Positions 19,192-30,570 are shown, counted from the first letter of the stretch. The stretch is 64,000 bases of DNA from Thermodesulfobacteriota bacterium (GCA_034189385.1 JAXHVD010000009.1:94921-158920), one strand, 5' to 3'. Program-made: numbers and translations. The notes: generated from the letters alone by a model not told the origin.

Positions 19192-19746
19192 ATGGAGCAC
19201 AAGGATGTACTGAAAGAGATGATAAAGGTGAGGTCGTTCAAGAAGTCAGACACCCCATCCTTTCCCTTGACGTCGGGAAAGATGAGCAGTTTCTATTTCA
19301 ATCTCAAGAGCGTGACCATGGCCTCGGATGGGATGTATCATATTGGTCACGTTCTGTTAGACAAAATTGAAGAGCTGGGCTTGCGGCCGAAGGCTATCGG
19401 TGGCCTTACCATGGGGGCGGACCCTATAGCCAATGCCACGGCTCTGGTTTCCCACTTGAGAGATAGGGACATACAGGCCTTTTCCATAAGAAAGGAACCG
19501 AAAAAACATGGGTTGAAGCTTCAGATAGAAGGAGATCTCAGCCCTCACGATGACGTCATCATCATTGATGACGTGGTGACTACAGGCGGTTCAACTATCA
19601 AGGCCATAGACGTTGCCAGGAAGCACGATTTGAACGTCATGGCCGTAATCATACTGGTGGACCGGTGTGAAGAGAATGGGAGAGAAAACATCGAGATAAA
19701 AGGGGTGAAGGTACACGCTATCTTCACCGTTCATGATTTTATCTAG
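19192..19746 (+). CDS. pyrE: Orotate phosphoribosyltransferase
   Basis: LTSGKMS.FY, GGLTMGADP, RKEPKKHG, IIDDVVTTGGS. Confidence 0.93.
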   Translation: MEHKDVLKEMIKVRSFKKSDTPSFPLTSGKMSSFYFNLKSVTMASDGMYHIGHVLLDKIEELGLRPKAIGGLTMGADPIANATALVSHLRDRDIQAFSIRKEPKKHGLKLQIEGDLSPHDDVIIIDDVVTTGGSTIKAIDVARKHDLNVMAVIILVDRCEENGRENIEIKGVKVHAIFTVHDFI

Positions 19747-19906
19747 CCAAAGTCTGGCATGGTAACAGCACTATTCACCTCTCCAGGTGCTGCCATGTCG
19801 ACACAGACCTTACATACCTGCCCTGCCGGACCTTGGTCCTCCGCGTGCTACCCCCTACCGAAGGGCTAGAAAGAGATGCCTTGGTATTGGAAGGGCCAAT
19901 ATTATC

Positions 19907-20107
19907 CTACATAAAGGATGTGTCGTAGCGGGTTGAAACAGATTTCCAGTGCTTTTCGCAGTAGAAATAATTGCCCGGCTTGACGGCCGCTCCGCACACT
20001 TTGCCCTCAGAGAGTTTGTACTGACAACGCCTGCCGTTGACCTTAGGTCTATATTTGGGTTGACAACCTTTGTGCCCCGAAGTTTCGTAGCTTAGAGCTT
20101 CGCGCAT
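19907..20107 (-). CDS. Small Cys/His (putative zinc-binding) protein, 66 aa
   Basis: AGGAGG RBS before ATG; RRCQY-x7-CG-x9-YCEKH pattern. Confidence 0.6.
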   Translation of the reverse strand: MREALSYETSGHKGCQPKYRPKVNGRRCQYKLSEGKVCGAAVKPGNYFYCEKHWKSVSTRYDTSFM

Positions 20108-20210
20108 TTTGATGCCTCCTAGCATTCATTCGTCAGGAGTCCACAGTGAATAACGATCAAACACGCCGTCTAATTCTGCCATGACGCTTAGCACAAAGCA
20201 GGAAAGATGT

Positions 20211-20257
20211 CAACTATATGTTGTAGTTTATTATCAACAAAGTACTATATATAGAAT
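20211..20257. promoter_or_regulatory. Tandem NrdR-box-like operators
   Basis: caactatatgttgtag (20211-20226) and gtactatatatagaat (20242-20257), 31-bp offset, matching the core of acaCwAtATaTwGtgt. Confidence 0.6.
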
Positions 20258-20502
20258 ATTGACGGTCTGGGCTGGAGTCTGACATGGTTATTTCACGTCA
20301 TTTTGTGGAGATATGGATCGAGACCAAGGGCAGGCACTAACGTGCGGTAATACCTAAAGTAGAAATCTTCTTGAACGCTGGTTTGCACCGGAGTGAGGAT
20401 TTCTTGCTAACCCATGAATGCGCGAGGAGTACAAAGATCTCTTTTCAAGTCGGAGGATTTCATCTAAGGGTGGTAGCCCTTTGGTTAGACGCCGTTGGCG
20501 CA

Positions 20503-23500
20503 TCAGCGCAATGCCATCTCCCTAAAGGGGAGACCAAGATTTTGAGCCAAGTTTTTTAGGTCCTTTTCCAGTGTAGTGGGAGACTCCCCTTTTCTTTTCA
20601 CGCTAGTCGTCTTGTCACCAACGACAAAGACCTGAAGCACCTTTTTGTCCAGGAGCTTGCGGCCCAGGAGCTTGAGTTCTTCTCTATCTGCTTCCATAAA
20701 GGCGTCCTGGATTATTCCTAGGGTGTCCAGGGGCTCGCCGCGCATATGATAACGACCATAAGCCTCTACCAGGGCTGACGGCGTGTCCACATTGAAGACG
20801 AAACCGTTCAGGGCATCCAGCCGCTTTTGTTCAAGTTCCTCTTCTGGCACATCTGCCTGAAGTGTTGTCATGATGTTGACAGTTTCTTCAATGGCCTTGG
20901 CCGTATTGTCACCTTTACTGCCGATATATCCTATGAGCATCCCGGCTTTCCACTTAAAGGTCTGGTAAAACCAGGCTGCATACACGAGTCCCAAATCGTC
21001 CCGCAAGCGGGTGGACATGAGGGAATCCCTGCCTCCAAGAATATCCATTAAGAGGCTCATCTTCCAGAAGTCTGGGTCTGTGCGGTTCACGCTGGGCAGG
21101 CACAATGCGACCTGGGATTGAACCTGGCCCGGCTTGTGGATAAGGGCCAGCACGGGAGGTGTCTCACCCGGTTCATCCAACATTCGTTCTGGCCCACTGC
21201 CTCTGGAATATTCGTTGAACAGTCTTTTTAAGCCCTTGAGCGCTTCGTCCATTTCAATATCGCCCGAAACGGCCGCCACCATGTTCGAGGGCGAGAAATA
21301 CTCCCTTACAAACGCCTTGACGTCGTCCCTGGTAATGCTTGGGATCGTTTCAAGGCCCTGCAGTGGGTCTCTGCCGTAGGGATGTCCCTTGAAATGCCAA
21401 ATCATGGCCTCCCTGGTGCTGACAGCCTTGGCGTCACCGCCTTGACGCTTGAGGCCCGTTACCCGCTCTGTTTTCGCTACCTGGAGCACTTCAGGGTCAA
21501 ACCAAGGCCTAAAGAGAACCTCTTCCAGGAGAGAAAGGCCCTCGGTCCAGTCGTCTTTCATGACAGAAAGGCGTATCACCGTTTCTTCCTGGCCGATGGA
21601 AAGGGCTAAATGGATAGCATTTTCGTCCAGCGCAAGGGCCAACTCTGCAGGAGAATAGTTTTCCCCGCCTCCACGAATGAGGCATTTGTCAAGTACTTGG
21701 GTCAAACCTGTCTTGTCATGGGAGACATCAACAGCACCGGCCTTGATAAGGAGGGTGAGGTCGATGAGAGGCAGTTCATGGTCTGGGAGATAGAATACCA
21801 TGGCCCCCTGCACGTTGGCCGTTCTTGCCTTTGGGTATTCTATTTTTTTCGGCTTCCGTTCAAAAGAGAGGGGGTGTTTCCAGCATTCAGGCGTGGGATA
21901 GCGGGAATGGTTTACCAGGGTTTCTGGTTTCGCCACTTTTGATGCTGCAGCCCCAGTCACGGAGCGGATTTCGGCATAGTGCGCTGGCGGGTGTTCAGGC
22001 TCTCCCCCAGGGATGACATAGATACTGGTCTTGTTCTCATTTCGGATGTACTTCTTGGCCACCCGTAGCACTTCTTCTGGAGTGACACGGGCGATTTCTT
22101 CCAAATAGGTCTTCCAATAACGCCACCCGATCTGGACTTCCAGGGTTGCAAGGGTGCCGGCCAGTGCTTCGTTGCTGCGCATTCTATCCAGGAAGTCTCT
22201 CTGGTTGAGTTTCTTGATCCTTTGGAGTTCGCGCGAGGAAACTGACTCGGTCTTTAGTCTCTTTACCTCTTCAAGAAGTATGTCCTCCAAGCCCTCGCAG
22301 GCCTCCAGGTAGACCTGGCGTCGCTTTCCTTCGGTGAGGTCTTTGTCCGTTAGCCCGTCCGGTTCATTGGGCGAGCCTCCCAGGATAACCATGCCCCCGT
22401 AACGATTGTCAGGATTATGGGCCCACGCACTCAGCGCCAAGCCCTTATTGATGATAGCTTGCGTCATGCGAGCTCCGCGGCCGTGGCTCAAAACCATGGT
22501 CATGGCGTCAAGGGCGTAGAAATCCTTGGTGCCCATGGGAGCAGTGTGGAAACCTATTCTCACAACAGGGGTGCGGGCGCCCTTCAGAAACCTGACACTC
22601 TTGCGTGGACCCTCCTGCAGGGGTTCGCTCGTGGTTTTCTCAGGTGCCCGTTTGCCCGCAGGATACCTCGCAAAATAGGTTTTTGCTAACCTTTTGGCAT
22701 CATCCACCGTCACGTCGCCCACAAGCACACAGACCGCATTGGTGGGGTTGTAAAACTTGGCGTGGAATGCCATGGCATCTCGGGTGTTGAATTTTTCCAT
22801 GTCCGCTTTCCAGCCGATGACGGGATTGCGATAGGGGTGGCCGGTGTAAGCTGTCGCATCTAGATCGAGTTGCGCAGCACCTCCTGGGTTGTTCACATAT
22901 CGGTAGGCCCACTCCCGTTGTACTACTTCCTTTTCCACGTAGAACTCTCGCCAACTGGGCTCAAATAACTGCTCACTTACGATGGAAAACCACTGCTCCA
23001 ACATGTCAGATGGCACTGACGCCGTGTACTGGGTTTGGTCTTTGCTGGTAAAGGCGTTGACACCGACAGCACCGTTTTTCCCAAGCTGCGATGAAAAGGC
23101 ATTCGGCACGTAGATGTCCTGTACCTCCAGTCGGAGCCTTTCCATCTCGGCAAGCTTGCCGTCGATCAATGCCCGGTCAGGGTTGCGCTTGAGTCCCTCT
23201 TCCAGAACACCCTGGTAGGCGTCCTCAATGCGCTCCTGGAGTTCTTGGTCCTTTTTGGGGTTCAAGGTGCCGAAGTTCTTTGTGCCCTTAAACATCATGT
23301 GCTCGAGCAAGTGAGCGATGCCGGTCTTGCCAACGTCCTCAAGGGCGGACCCTGTACGAATGGCGACTCTGCAAGCCACCTGCGGCGTGGTGGGACGTTC
23401 CACGATCAAAAAGAGCATGCCGTTTTCCAGCTCAAACTCCTTAACATCGAGCTTAATCTGCGGGGCCGAATCCTTTGCCAGGCACATACTCCAGGCCATG

Positions 23501-23544
23501 GAGAGCAATAAAAGAGTGAGCGCAGCGCTTCTAAACAGACGCAT
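20503..23544 (-). CDS. M16 family zinc peptidase (insulinase/PqqL-like), secreted
   Basis: GIAHLLEHMMFKG (HxxEH), NAFTS, second M16-like half, signal peptide. Confidence 0.92.
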   Translation of the reverse strand: MRLFRSAALTLLLLSMAWSMCLAKDSAPQIKLDVKEFELENGMLFLIVERPTTPQVACRVAIRTGSALEDVGKTGIAHLLEHMMFKGTKNFGTLNPKKDQELQERIEDAYQGVLEEGLKRNPDRALIDGKLAEMERLRLEVQDIYVPNAFSSQLGKNGAVGVNAFTSKDQTQYTASVPSDMLEQWFSIVSEQLFEPSWREFYVEKEVVQREWAYRYVNNPGGAAQLDLDATAYTGHPYRNPVIGWKADMEKFNTRDAMAFHAKFYNPTNAVCVLVGDVTVDDAKRLAKTYFARYPAGKRAPEKTTSEPLQEGPRKSVRFLKGARTPVVRIGFHTAPMGTKDFYALDAMTMVLSHGRGARMTQAIINKGLALSAWAHNPDNRYGGMVILGGSPNEPDGLTDKDLTEGKRRQVYLEACEGLEDILLEEVKRLKTESVSSRELQRIKKLNQRDFLDRMRSNEALAGTLATLEVQIGWRYWKTYLEEIARVTPEEVLRVAKKYIRNENKTSIYVIPGGEPEHPPAHYAEIRSVTGAAASKVAKPETLVNHSRYPTPECWKHPLSFERKPKKIEYPKARTANVQGAMVFYLPDHELPLIDLTLLIKAGAVDVSHDKTGLTQVLDKCLIRGGGENYSPAELALALDENAIHLALSIGQEETVIRLSVMKDDWTEGLSLLEEVLFRPWFDPEVLQVAKTERVTGLKRQGGDAKAVSTREAMIWHFKGHPYGRDPLQGLETIPSITRDDVKAFVREYFSPSNMVAAVSGDIEMDEALKGLKRLFNEYSRGSGPERMLDEPGETPPVLALIHKPGQVQSQVALCLPSVNRTDPDFWKMSLLMDILGGRDSLMSTRLRDDLGLVYAAWFYQTFKWKAGMLIGYIGSKGDNTAKAIEETVNIMTTLQADVPEEELEQKRLDALNGFVFNVDTPSALVEAYGRYHMRGEPLDTLGIIQDAFMEADREELKLLGRKLLDKKVLQVFVVGDKTTSVKRKGESPTTLEKDLKNLAQNLGLPFREMALR

Positions 23545-24045
23545 GGGTATTCCTCCTATGATGATTCAGGATTCGAGTGGGGAGTCTACGAAGGATCAGG
23601 TAGTGAGACAACACCTTTTTGAGATTCTTTTGATGTCACATCCATTTCCATGGGAGCTAAGGCCATTGCCTTTCTTTGCACATGAGTGGATTTCTGGATA
23701 TTTCTGATGTAATTTCATTTTGATAAGCTGTCTTAAGAAAGAATCATTGGACGACAAGAAGCTATTACAATGGGCTCAGCCGGCTAAGGTGTATATGTAT
23801 TCCATGAAGGGATACGAACCAGTGAAAGGATAGAATTTTCCGCCAATGATTAGTCACAACATACCCGTAAAGCGACTAGTCTCTAGCCTTATGTTTCCCC
23901 CAAATAGGGAGGGCGGGGTGGTTGAACAGGAAAAAAAGGGGGGCAGATTGAAAGTGTGGCATCAACTTATTTGTCGCCCGGAGTTAGCAAAATCTTCCGG
24001 CGGTGACAGACACAAAATGAAATGATCGATCTGGAGGTGATGAGG

Positions 24046-25038
24046 TCAATCAATGATCTGGATGTACGACCGTGCTCGGAGCTCTTCCAGCCACGCCTTG
24101 TATTCCTTTTCCACCAACTCGTTGTAGAGCTTATCTTGGATCTGTAGCTTAGTTTCCTCTAAAGACTTCCCCTCCTCACGTTTGATTTGTTCAAGCATAA
24201 CAACTTGATATCCTTGTGGTGTTTGCATAATCGGGCTGATCTCTCCCTCCTTCATCCCGCGCACTGTCTCCCGGAATTCAGGAGAGAGTTCTTCAAGATC
24301 AAAGAGTCCTAGATCCCCTCCTCCTTTGGCCGTCCTGTCGTCCGAGTACCGCTCAGCCAGTTCCTCAAATCCCACGCCAGCCTCAAAGGCTTCGACTGCG
24401 GCCTCGATCCTTTTTAGGGCTTCACCCTTCTGCTGGGCCGTGTCAGAAGACGATACCCTGACAAGAATTGTTCGGAGGTGATAGCGCCTTTGTTCCTGAT
24501 AATCTTCTTTGTGCTGGTCATAGTATTCCTCTATTTCCTCTTCGGTAATGGCAATCTTGGATTTGACCTCTAAATTGATGAGCTTCATTCGAAGCATTTG
24601 TTCCCTGATGCGCTGTCGATATTCTTCCTGGCTGTACCCTTGGTCTTGTAAGGCCTTTTCTAGATCCTCCTTTGAGACGGATTGCGCGGCCATCATCTGC
24701 TCTATTCTTTCATCCACTTCACTCTCATCAACGTCCACACCCAACCGTTGGCTTTCTTGATCTGTCAGTTTTTGGTCTATCATCCTGTTTAAGACATCCT
24801 GGCGCAACCTAGAGAAAACCTCATCCTTTTCCTGTGGCCCATAGAGGGAACGGCGTATTTGTCCGGCGTAAGGCTGCACTGTCTCATCCCACTCAGATAG
24901 GGTGATGACATCATCGTTGACGATAGCTGCAATGCGATCCACTAGTTCTCCATGCCCTGCCGAAGGGCCTAATACCAGCCAAAAGGGGATCAGCGCATAG
25001 AGGAAAATCCTCATTAGACGTGCTTGTCTTTCCATCAA
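24046..25038 (-). CDS. SurA-like periplasmic chaperone/PPIase
   Basis: VDRIAAIVNDDVIT; parvulin domain GGDLG. Confidence 0.9.
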   Translation of the reverse strand: MMERQARLMRIFLYALIPFWLVLGPSAGHGELVDRIAAIVNDDVITLSEWDETVQPYAGQIRRSLYGPQEKDEVFSRLRQDVLNRMIDQKLTDQESQRLGVDVDESEVDERIEQMMAAQSVSKEDLEKALQDQGYSQEEYRQRIREQMLRMKLINLEVKSKIAITEEEIEEYYDQHKEDYQEQRRYHLRTILVRVSSSDTAQQKGEALKRIEAAVEAFEAGVGFEELAERYSDDRTAKGGGDLGLFDLEELSPEFRETVRGMKEGEISPIMQTPQGYQVVMLEQIKREEGKSLEETKLQIQDKLYNELVEKEYKAWLEELRARSYIQIID

Positions 25039-26000
25039 ATCATTTCCTTGTTTACTGTGATCTGATAACGTAGGCGCAGCTTAGCCAACCACGGACCATA
25101 GGCCGCCTCGAGCTTTTCCTCTCTAATATGGTTCTTCGCCTTTTCGATCCACTGATCCGTGACAGGTTCGGTTGCGGCCCGTCTTTCAACTACCTTAAAG
25201 ATATGGTGTCCGTAAGGGGTGTGGATCACCTGGCTTAGCGTGTCCTTCTCCAAAGCAAAGAGAGGATCCTCTAGGCATTTTGGCAATTCACCGCGTGCCA
25301 CAAACCCCATGTCCCCGCCCTGTTTGGCCTCTGGTGCTTCAGAAGAGAGACGGGCCAGGGTGGCGAAGTCCTCCCCCTTTTTCAGCCGTTCCAAGACGCC
25401 GTCGGCTTCTTCCTTAGTGGAGAGCAAGATATGATATGGTCGTATCTGTTCTCCAGCACCTGTGCCCCATTTTTCCCGATTTTTGTTATAGAGGTCCCCT
25501 ATTTCCTCGGGCGTAACGGTGATATTCTCCGCCAGTTCTTTACGGACTACCTTTTTAGCAATAAGTTGTGCCTTGAGGCGTTTCTTCCAAGTTTCCAAAG
25601 AAATGGCCTGTTTCATAAACATGTCCTTGAAGTCAGCCTCGCCATAGCCGCCTTCAATGCTAGTGACGGCTTCTTCAAGTTCCTGGGCAGAGACTTGCAC
25701 ATTCAACTCCTCTGCTCGCCTAAGAATGACCATCTCTTCAAGGAGTTGAAGAAGGAACCTGAGACGAGCCTCGCGCAGAGCTTGGCCACCCCCTTGTCCC
25801 TGGCCTTGATTCATTCTAAAGGGCTCGAAGAACTCGTTGAATTCAGACAGGGTCAGGACTAAATTGTCAACCCGGATCACAGGCTGATCCTCTAGCCCAG
25901 CTTCATCGATGTTCGAACAGGCAGAAACAAGGACGAAAACCAGAAAGGAAAAGGCCACATTTTTCCAGTTTCTCATTGTAGTACGTTGACCATTAGCCAA
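25035..26000 (-). CDS. PpiC-type peptidylprolyl isomerase (probable lipoprotein)
   Basis: LVSAC lipobox-like; HILL..F..LAR..S..GGDMG..TPYGHHI. Confidence 0.88.
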   Translation of the reverse strand: MANGQRTTMRNWKNVAFSFLVFVLVSACSNIDEAGLEDQPVIRVDNLVLTLSEFNEFFEPFRMNQGQGQGGGQALREARLRFLLQLLEEMVILRRAEELNVQVSAQELEEAVTSIEGGYGEADFKDMFMKQAISLETWKKRLKAQLIAKKVVRKELAENITVTPEEIGDLYNKNREKWGTGAGEQIRPYHILLSTKEEADGVLERLKKGEDFATLARLSSEAPEAKQGGDMGFVARGELPKCLEDPLFALEKDTLSQVIHTPYGHHIFKVVERRAATEPVTDQWIEKAKNHIREEKLEAAYGPWLAKLRLRYQITVNKEMI

Positions 26001-26182
26001 TCTTGGCGCAGACTATCACCTGTGCGCATACTCCAAATGGGCACAAGGACCGATAATGGATGGGGCAATTGCATCGTGCCAAAGAGTCTGCTTATGATAG
26101 TGTTTATCGAGCCCGCATGCAAGGGTGGCTCCTGCCTGAGGCGGTCAAAAGGACGGTTTCCAGACTGAAATTCGCTACCACG

Positions 26183-29100
26183 TCAGGCGAGTTCTTGCAA
26201 TAGGTTTTTGGTGAGTTCCAGGGGGTCAGTGGACTGGTCAGGTGACACCCGCACCTCAAGAACATGATCCGGCCTGAGCCGAAAACGCTGGGGATCTTGT
26301 TGGACCAAGTCGGCTATCTGCTCTGGTTTCAAAGATGTCTTTTCAGAGAAAGCCAGGACGATCCCCTTGGGACCAACGTCTAGACGCTCAATACCCAGAC
26401 TCTTGCACTGTACCTTCAGCAAGACCTTTTCCAGCAAGGCGCCAGCCTCTTCCGGCAGAGGACCGAAACGATCCCGGAGCTCCTCGCCGAGCCTTTTAAG
26501 TTCCAACGTGTCACTTGCCCTCGCCAAGCGCCTGTAAGTGGTCATCCTCTGGTCAATGTCAGACACATACTCTTCCGGGATGTAGGCTGAGCGTTCCAAT
26601 AGGATCTCCGGTTCCAGTTCTGGCTCCACCGGTTCGCCCTTGACCTCACTCATGGCTCGTTCCATCAGTTGCAGATACATCTCATAGCCCACAGATGCAA
26701 TTTGCCCGGACTGGGTGGGGCCAAGGATGGTGCCGCCGCCTCTGATCTGTAAGTCACTCATGGCGATCTGAAAGCCGGATCCAAGATCGCTATGCTCCAT
26801 GAGGACCTTGAGACGCTTCTGGGCGTCCCTGGTGAGGCTGCTTTCCTGGGGTATGAAGAGGTATGCATAGGCCTGTTCATCGCCCCGTCCCACACGACCT
26901 CTGAGCTGGTAAATTTGGGCCAGCCCAAACTTGTCGGCCCGGTTGATCAGGATCGTGTTTGCCGAAGGAAAATCAAGGCCTGATTCTATGATGGTGGTGC
27001 ACAGCAGAAGGTCGATCTCCTGATGCAAGAATTGCAGCATGACCTGTTCGAGTTCATGATCCTCCAAACGGCCGTGGGCCACCCCGATCTTTAGGGTTGG
27101 AAGCAGTCCCTGAACACGACGAGCCATGGCCCATATCGTGCGGATGTTGTTATGGACAAAAAACACTTGACCTCCTCGCTGCAATTCTCTGTAAATGGCT
27201 TCTGCAACAACCGTGTCATCAAAAGGGCAGATATAGGTCTTAATGGGATATCGGTATTCCGGTGGGGTTGCAATAATGCTCAAGTCCCTAATGCCCATCA
27301 GGGACATATGAAGAGTCCGCGGGATGGGCGTAGCAGTGAGGGCCAAGACATCCACTGTGCGACGCAGCCTCTTAAGTTTTTCTTTGTGGGCCACGCCGAA
27401 CCGCTGTTCTTCGTCAATAATGAGCAGGCCAAGGTCCCTAAAGGCAATGTCTTTTTGCAGGAGACGATGGGTCCCTATGACAATATCTACTTGACCTGCC
27501 TTAAGCTTCTGACCAATGGTTCGTTGTTCACCGGGAGAGCGAAATCGGCTGAGTGTGTCAATCTCGATGGGGTAGGGGGTGAAACGAGTCCTAAAGGTCT
27601 GAGAATGTTGTTCAGCAAGAACTGTCGTGGGGACCAGAAACGCCACCTGCTTGTTGTCCCAGACGGCCTTAAAGGCTGCCCGCAGGGCGATTTCCGTCTT
27701 CCCATAGCCCACGTCGCCGCAAATCAGGCGGTCCATGGGCACAGGGGATTCCATGTCCGCTACCACATCTTCCACGGCCCGTTGCTGGTCCGGCGTCTCC
27801 GTGTATTCAAAGGCGTCTGCAAAATCCCGTAGGTACTGATCATGTGTAGAAAAGGCGTGGCCTTTCTGAACCTTACGCCAGGCATAGAGTTTCAGGAGCT
27901 GACCAGCCATCTTCTGGATGGATTTCTTGACACGCTCCTTGACCCGCGCCCAAGATTTGCCTCCCATCTTGTCCAAGCGGGGAGTGATACTGTCGACCCC
28001 GGCATATTTTTGTATACAGTTCATTCGGTCCACAGGCACATAGAGTTTGTCTCCATCAGAGTATTCTATGAGCAGGAAGTCGTTGGTAAGACCCGTCACC
28101 TCAAGCCTTGTCAGGCCTCCATATCGGCCAATGCCGTGTTCCACATGGACGACAAGGTCGCCTGTCTTTAGGTCCTCAAAGGCCATCAACGGGATTCCGC
28201 GCTCTTTCTTGACGGGCCTTCGGAGCCGAGGCCTGGGACCAAAGATTTCCTGTTCGGTGATGATAGCGAGGGATTCCCGGGGCCAGATGAATCCTGAGGA
28301 AAGCTCGCCAAGGCAGATCGTTGGGGCCTTTTCGGCACCTAAGTCCTCTGGAAAGTGGTCCATGAACGAAAGATTCATGCCATAAGGGATGAGGAGCCCC
28401 TCCAGGCGCTTGGCCTGTTTCACGGCAGGACAGAGGAGATAGGGTACCAGCCCCTTCTCGCGGGCACGGTTTACCCAGGCCACCAAGGGTTGCAGCAATG
28501 CCTCGGGTCTTGCTTTGGCCTTGAGCTGCTGTGTCATGAGGTCGTTTTTTTCAACGACGAAGTGGCAGGCCGCAGCCCCTCTTTCTTCTACCGGAACCGT
28601 TTTGAGGGCAAGGTTTAACCCTTGCCTGATCCTTTCTTCTACTTGTGACCAGCCCAAATACATAGCCTCTGGTTCGACACAAAGCTGAATGTCTGATCGG
28701 GCAGAAAGGTAGTGCTTTGCCATGGTCTCTTCGGTTTCAATCGCCACACTTGCAGTACCTGCGGAATCCACCACCACAGGGATGGCCTGTTGCGGAAGAT
28801 AGTCAAAGAGGGTGTCAAGGCAAGGGTAGATCAGGGATATGAGCCCGCCGATGCCCGGGAACTGTTCCTGGTTTTCAAGCCTCTCAACGATCTTCTCTAT
28901 ACGCATTCCGGGCATTTCGAGTGCCCTTCCTTGCTCACGCACCCTGGTGACGATGTTGTCGATCTCAGAGGGGTCCAGAACGGTTTCTGTAGCCGGAAGG
29001 AGTGTCACGTCGGAGAGGGTCTTTAGGGAGCGCTGGTCTTGGGCTGAGAATGTCCTTATGGACTCTACAACATCTCCAAAGAATTCGATCCGCACAGGAT

Positions 29101-29662
29101 CCGGATAGAGGGGCGGAAAGAGATCGATCAGTGCACCCCGAACGGCATAGTCCCCGGCCTCTTCTACCAGGACGGTCCGTTGATACCCGCCTTGGATCAA
29201 CTTGTCTATGAGGGCGTCCCTGTCTGCTTCCTCTCCAGGGAGCAGATAGTCGGCGAACCCAGACAGGGCTGTCTTGGGTATCACTTTTTGCAATACAGCA
29301 GAAACCGCGGTGATGATCACAGGGGGCTCTGTGGCTGTAACCATCTTGTAGAGGGCTTCGATACGTCGGCACGCAGTTTCAGGATGATAGGAAAGGGGCT
29401 TAAATGGAAGAATGTCGTAGGAGGGAAAGGTGATAATAGGCATATTCCGATGGCCAGAGAAAAAACGAAGGTCTCTAGCTAGATCTTCGGCCTCTTTGGC
29501 CTTTGGACAGAGCACAAAGAGGGGGCGCTTAAGATCCCCATGGAGTCGGGAGAGCAGATAGCCCTGTTCGGCCCCAGAGAGCCCAGTGCAAGTGATTTGC
29601 CCGTGTGTTGTACCATGGAGCAACTTCAATAGGTCGGCAGTAGAATGGCCAAAGCGTTTCAT
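26183..29662 (-). CDS. mfd: Transcription-repair coupling factor
   Basis: CarD-like domain, [29 protein letters not shown]-terminus. Confidence 0.97.
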   Translation of the reverse strand: MKRFGHSTADLLKLLHGTTHGQITCTGLSGAEQGYLLSRLHGDLKRPLFVLCPKAKEAEDLARDLRFFSGHRNMPIITFPSYDILPFKPLSYHPETACRRIEALYKMVTATEPPVIITAVSAVLQKVIPKTALSGFADYLLPGEEADRDALIDKLIQGGYQRTVLVEEAGDYAVRGALIDLFPPLYPDPVRIEFFGDVVESIRTFSAQDQRSLKTLSDVTLLPATETVLDPSEIDNIVTRVREQGRALEMPGMRIEKIVERLENQEQFPGIGGLISLIYPCLDTLFDYLPQQAIPVVVDSAGTASVAIETEETMAKHYLSARSDIQLCVEPEAMYLGWSQVEERIRQGLNLALKTVPVEERGAAACHFVVEKNDLMTQQLKAKARPEALLQPLVAWVNRAREKGLVPYLLCPAVKQAKRLEGLLIPYGMNLSFMDHFPEDLGAEKAPTICLGELSSGFIWPRESLAIITEQEIFGPRPRLRRPVKKERGIPLMAFEDLKTGDLVVHVEHGIGRYGGLTRLEVTGLTNDFLLIEYSDGDKLYVPVDRMNCIQKYAGVDSITPRLDKMGGKSWARVKERVKKSIQKMAGQLLKLYAWRKVQKGHAFSTHDQYLRDFADAFEYTETPDQQRAVEDVVADMESPVPMDRLICGDVGYGKTEIALRAAFKAVWDNKQVAFLVPTTVLAEQHSQTFRTRFTPYPIEIDTLSRFRSPGEQRTIGQKLKAGQVDIVIGTHRLLQKDIAFRDLGLLIIDEEQRFGVAHKEKLKRLRRTVDVLALTATPIPRTLHMSLMGIRDLSIIATPPEYRYPIKTYICPFDDTVVAEAIYRELQRGGQVFFVHNNIRTIWAMARRVQGLLPTLKIGVAHGRLEDHELEQVMLQFLHQEIDLLLCTTIIESGLDFPSANTILINRADKFGLAQIYQLRGRVGRGDEQAYAYLFIPQESSLTRDAQKRLKVLMEHSDLGSGFQIAMSDLQIRGGGTILGPTQSGQIASVGYEMYLQLMERAMSEVKGEPVEPELEPEILLERSAYIPEEYVSDIDQRMTTYRRLARASDTLELKRLGEELRDRFGPLPEEAGALLEKVLLKVQCKSLGIERLDVGPKGIVLAFSEKTSLKPEQIADLVQQDPQRFRLRPDHVLEVRVSPDQSTDPLELTKNLLQELA

Positions 29663-29931
29663 GTGATTACCATCGGCGAATGGGAGTCCGTCCGCCCTGG
29701 GGTTGTATATGATAGAACGCCCTCAGGTTCAAGGTCGGCTTTTACCCCCGCTTCACCACCCTTCCATTTGTTCCGGCCTACCCTGGGACAGAGCTGGAGA
29801 CATGCACCGGAATCCCGTGATTCCAGACAGGCTGACATGGTCATGCTGTGCCATAATGGCAAGATCACGCCACGCTAGACGGGGGGGGCGAAAATTTATC
29901 GCAATGACAACATGTTGTAATGGTTTTATCC

Positions 29932-29960
29932 TTGACACACAAGTTTAATATTTATATAAT
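29932..29960 (+). promoter_or_regulatory. Perfect consensus sigma70 promoter
   Basis: TTGACA-17 bp-TATAAT upstream of 30073. Confidence 0.85.
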
Positions 29961-30072
29961 TAAATGATAAAGATAACAAATTAAGTTTTTGCTGCCATGG
30001 AGCCTGCAGAGTCTGTGCCTGCTCATGGCATTTTCTGTCAGCTGTTTCTATCCGATTGAAAGGAGGCGATAG

Positions 30073-30471
30073 ATGAGGACATTTTTGGGGGTCATAACGC
30101 TGCTGATTGTGTTTGGGTTCACCTTGACTCATGCCATGGCATCAAATGCCCTCTACGGCTCAAGCCCTGCGGATCTTCCCGAGGTGTGGGATGGCCCGTG
30201 TTCTTCAGGTGGGGTTGCTAATGCCCATTCCCTAGGCGTGTCTAATGTGTGGGACTTCACGGTCCCCACAGGGGTGCCGCAGGTGTGGTTGCATCCAGAT
30301 CCTCCAGAGACAGAAGACACCTGGGATTTTTGGCTTCCCACAGGGATGCCACAGGTCTGGCCCCATCCAGATCCTCAGCCCGATCCAGAGTTGTGGGACT
30401 TCTATGATCCTTCAGAACCCATAGAATTGTGGGATTTTGATGTTCCTATGGACATTCCCCATGTCTGGTAG
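30073..30471 (+). CDS. Secreted Pro/Asp/Trp-rich protein with WDF motifs, related to 6839-7465
   Basis: AGGAGG RBS; signal peptide; PDPPETEDTWDFW versus PDPPETLEIWDFW; repeated PTGxPQVWxHPDP. Confidence 0.8.
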   Translation: MRTFLGVITLLIVFGFTLTHAMASNALYGSSPADLPEVWDGPCSSGGVANAHSLGVSNVWDFTVPTGVPQVWLHPDPPETEDTWDFWLPTGMPQVWPHPDPQPDPELWDFYDPSEPIELWDFDVPMDIPHVW

Positions 30472-30523
30472 GGGCAAATGGGGACCATGACCTGCCTGTG
30501 AAATAACTCAAGGATCTTCCACA

Positions 30524-30570
30524 AAAAGGGGCCTGTTTCCCATGTGATTGGTTCAGGCCCCCTCTTTTTT
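30524..30570 (+). terminator. Intrinsic terminator
   Basis: ggggcctg...caggcccc followed by ctctttttt. Confidence 0.65.

Noticed and set aside
19006..20400. Genomic island integrated at tRNA-Arg
   Set aside because: No integrase, and no duplicated tRNA 3' end seen in the window.
21135..21143. DnaA box suggesting oriC
   Set aside because: Isolated match inside a CDS; no box cluster or dnaA in the window.
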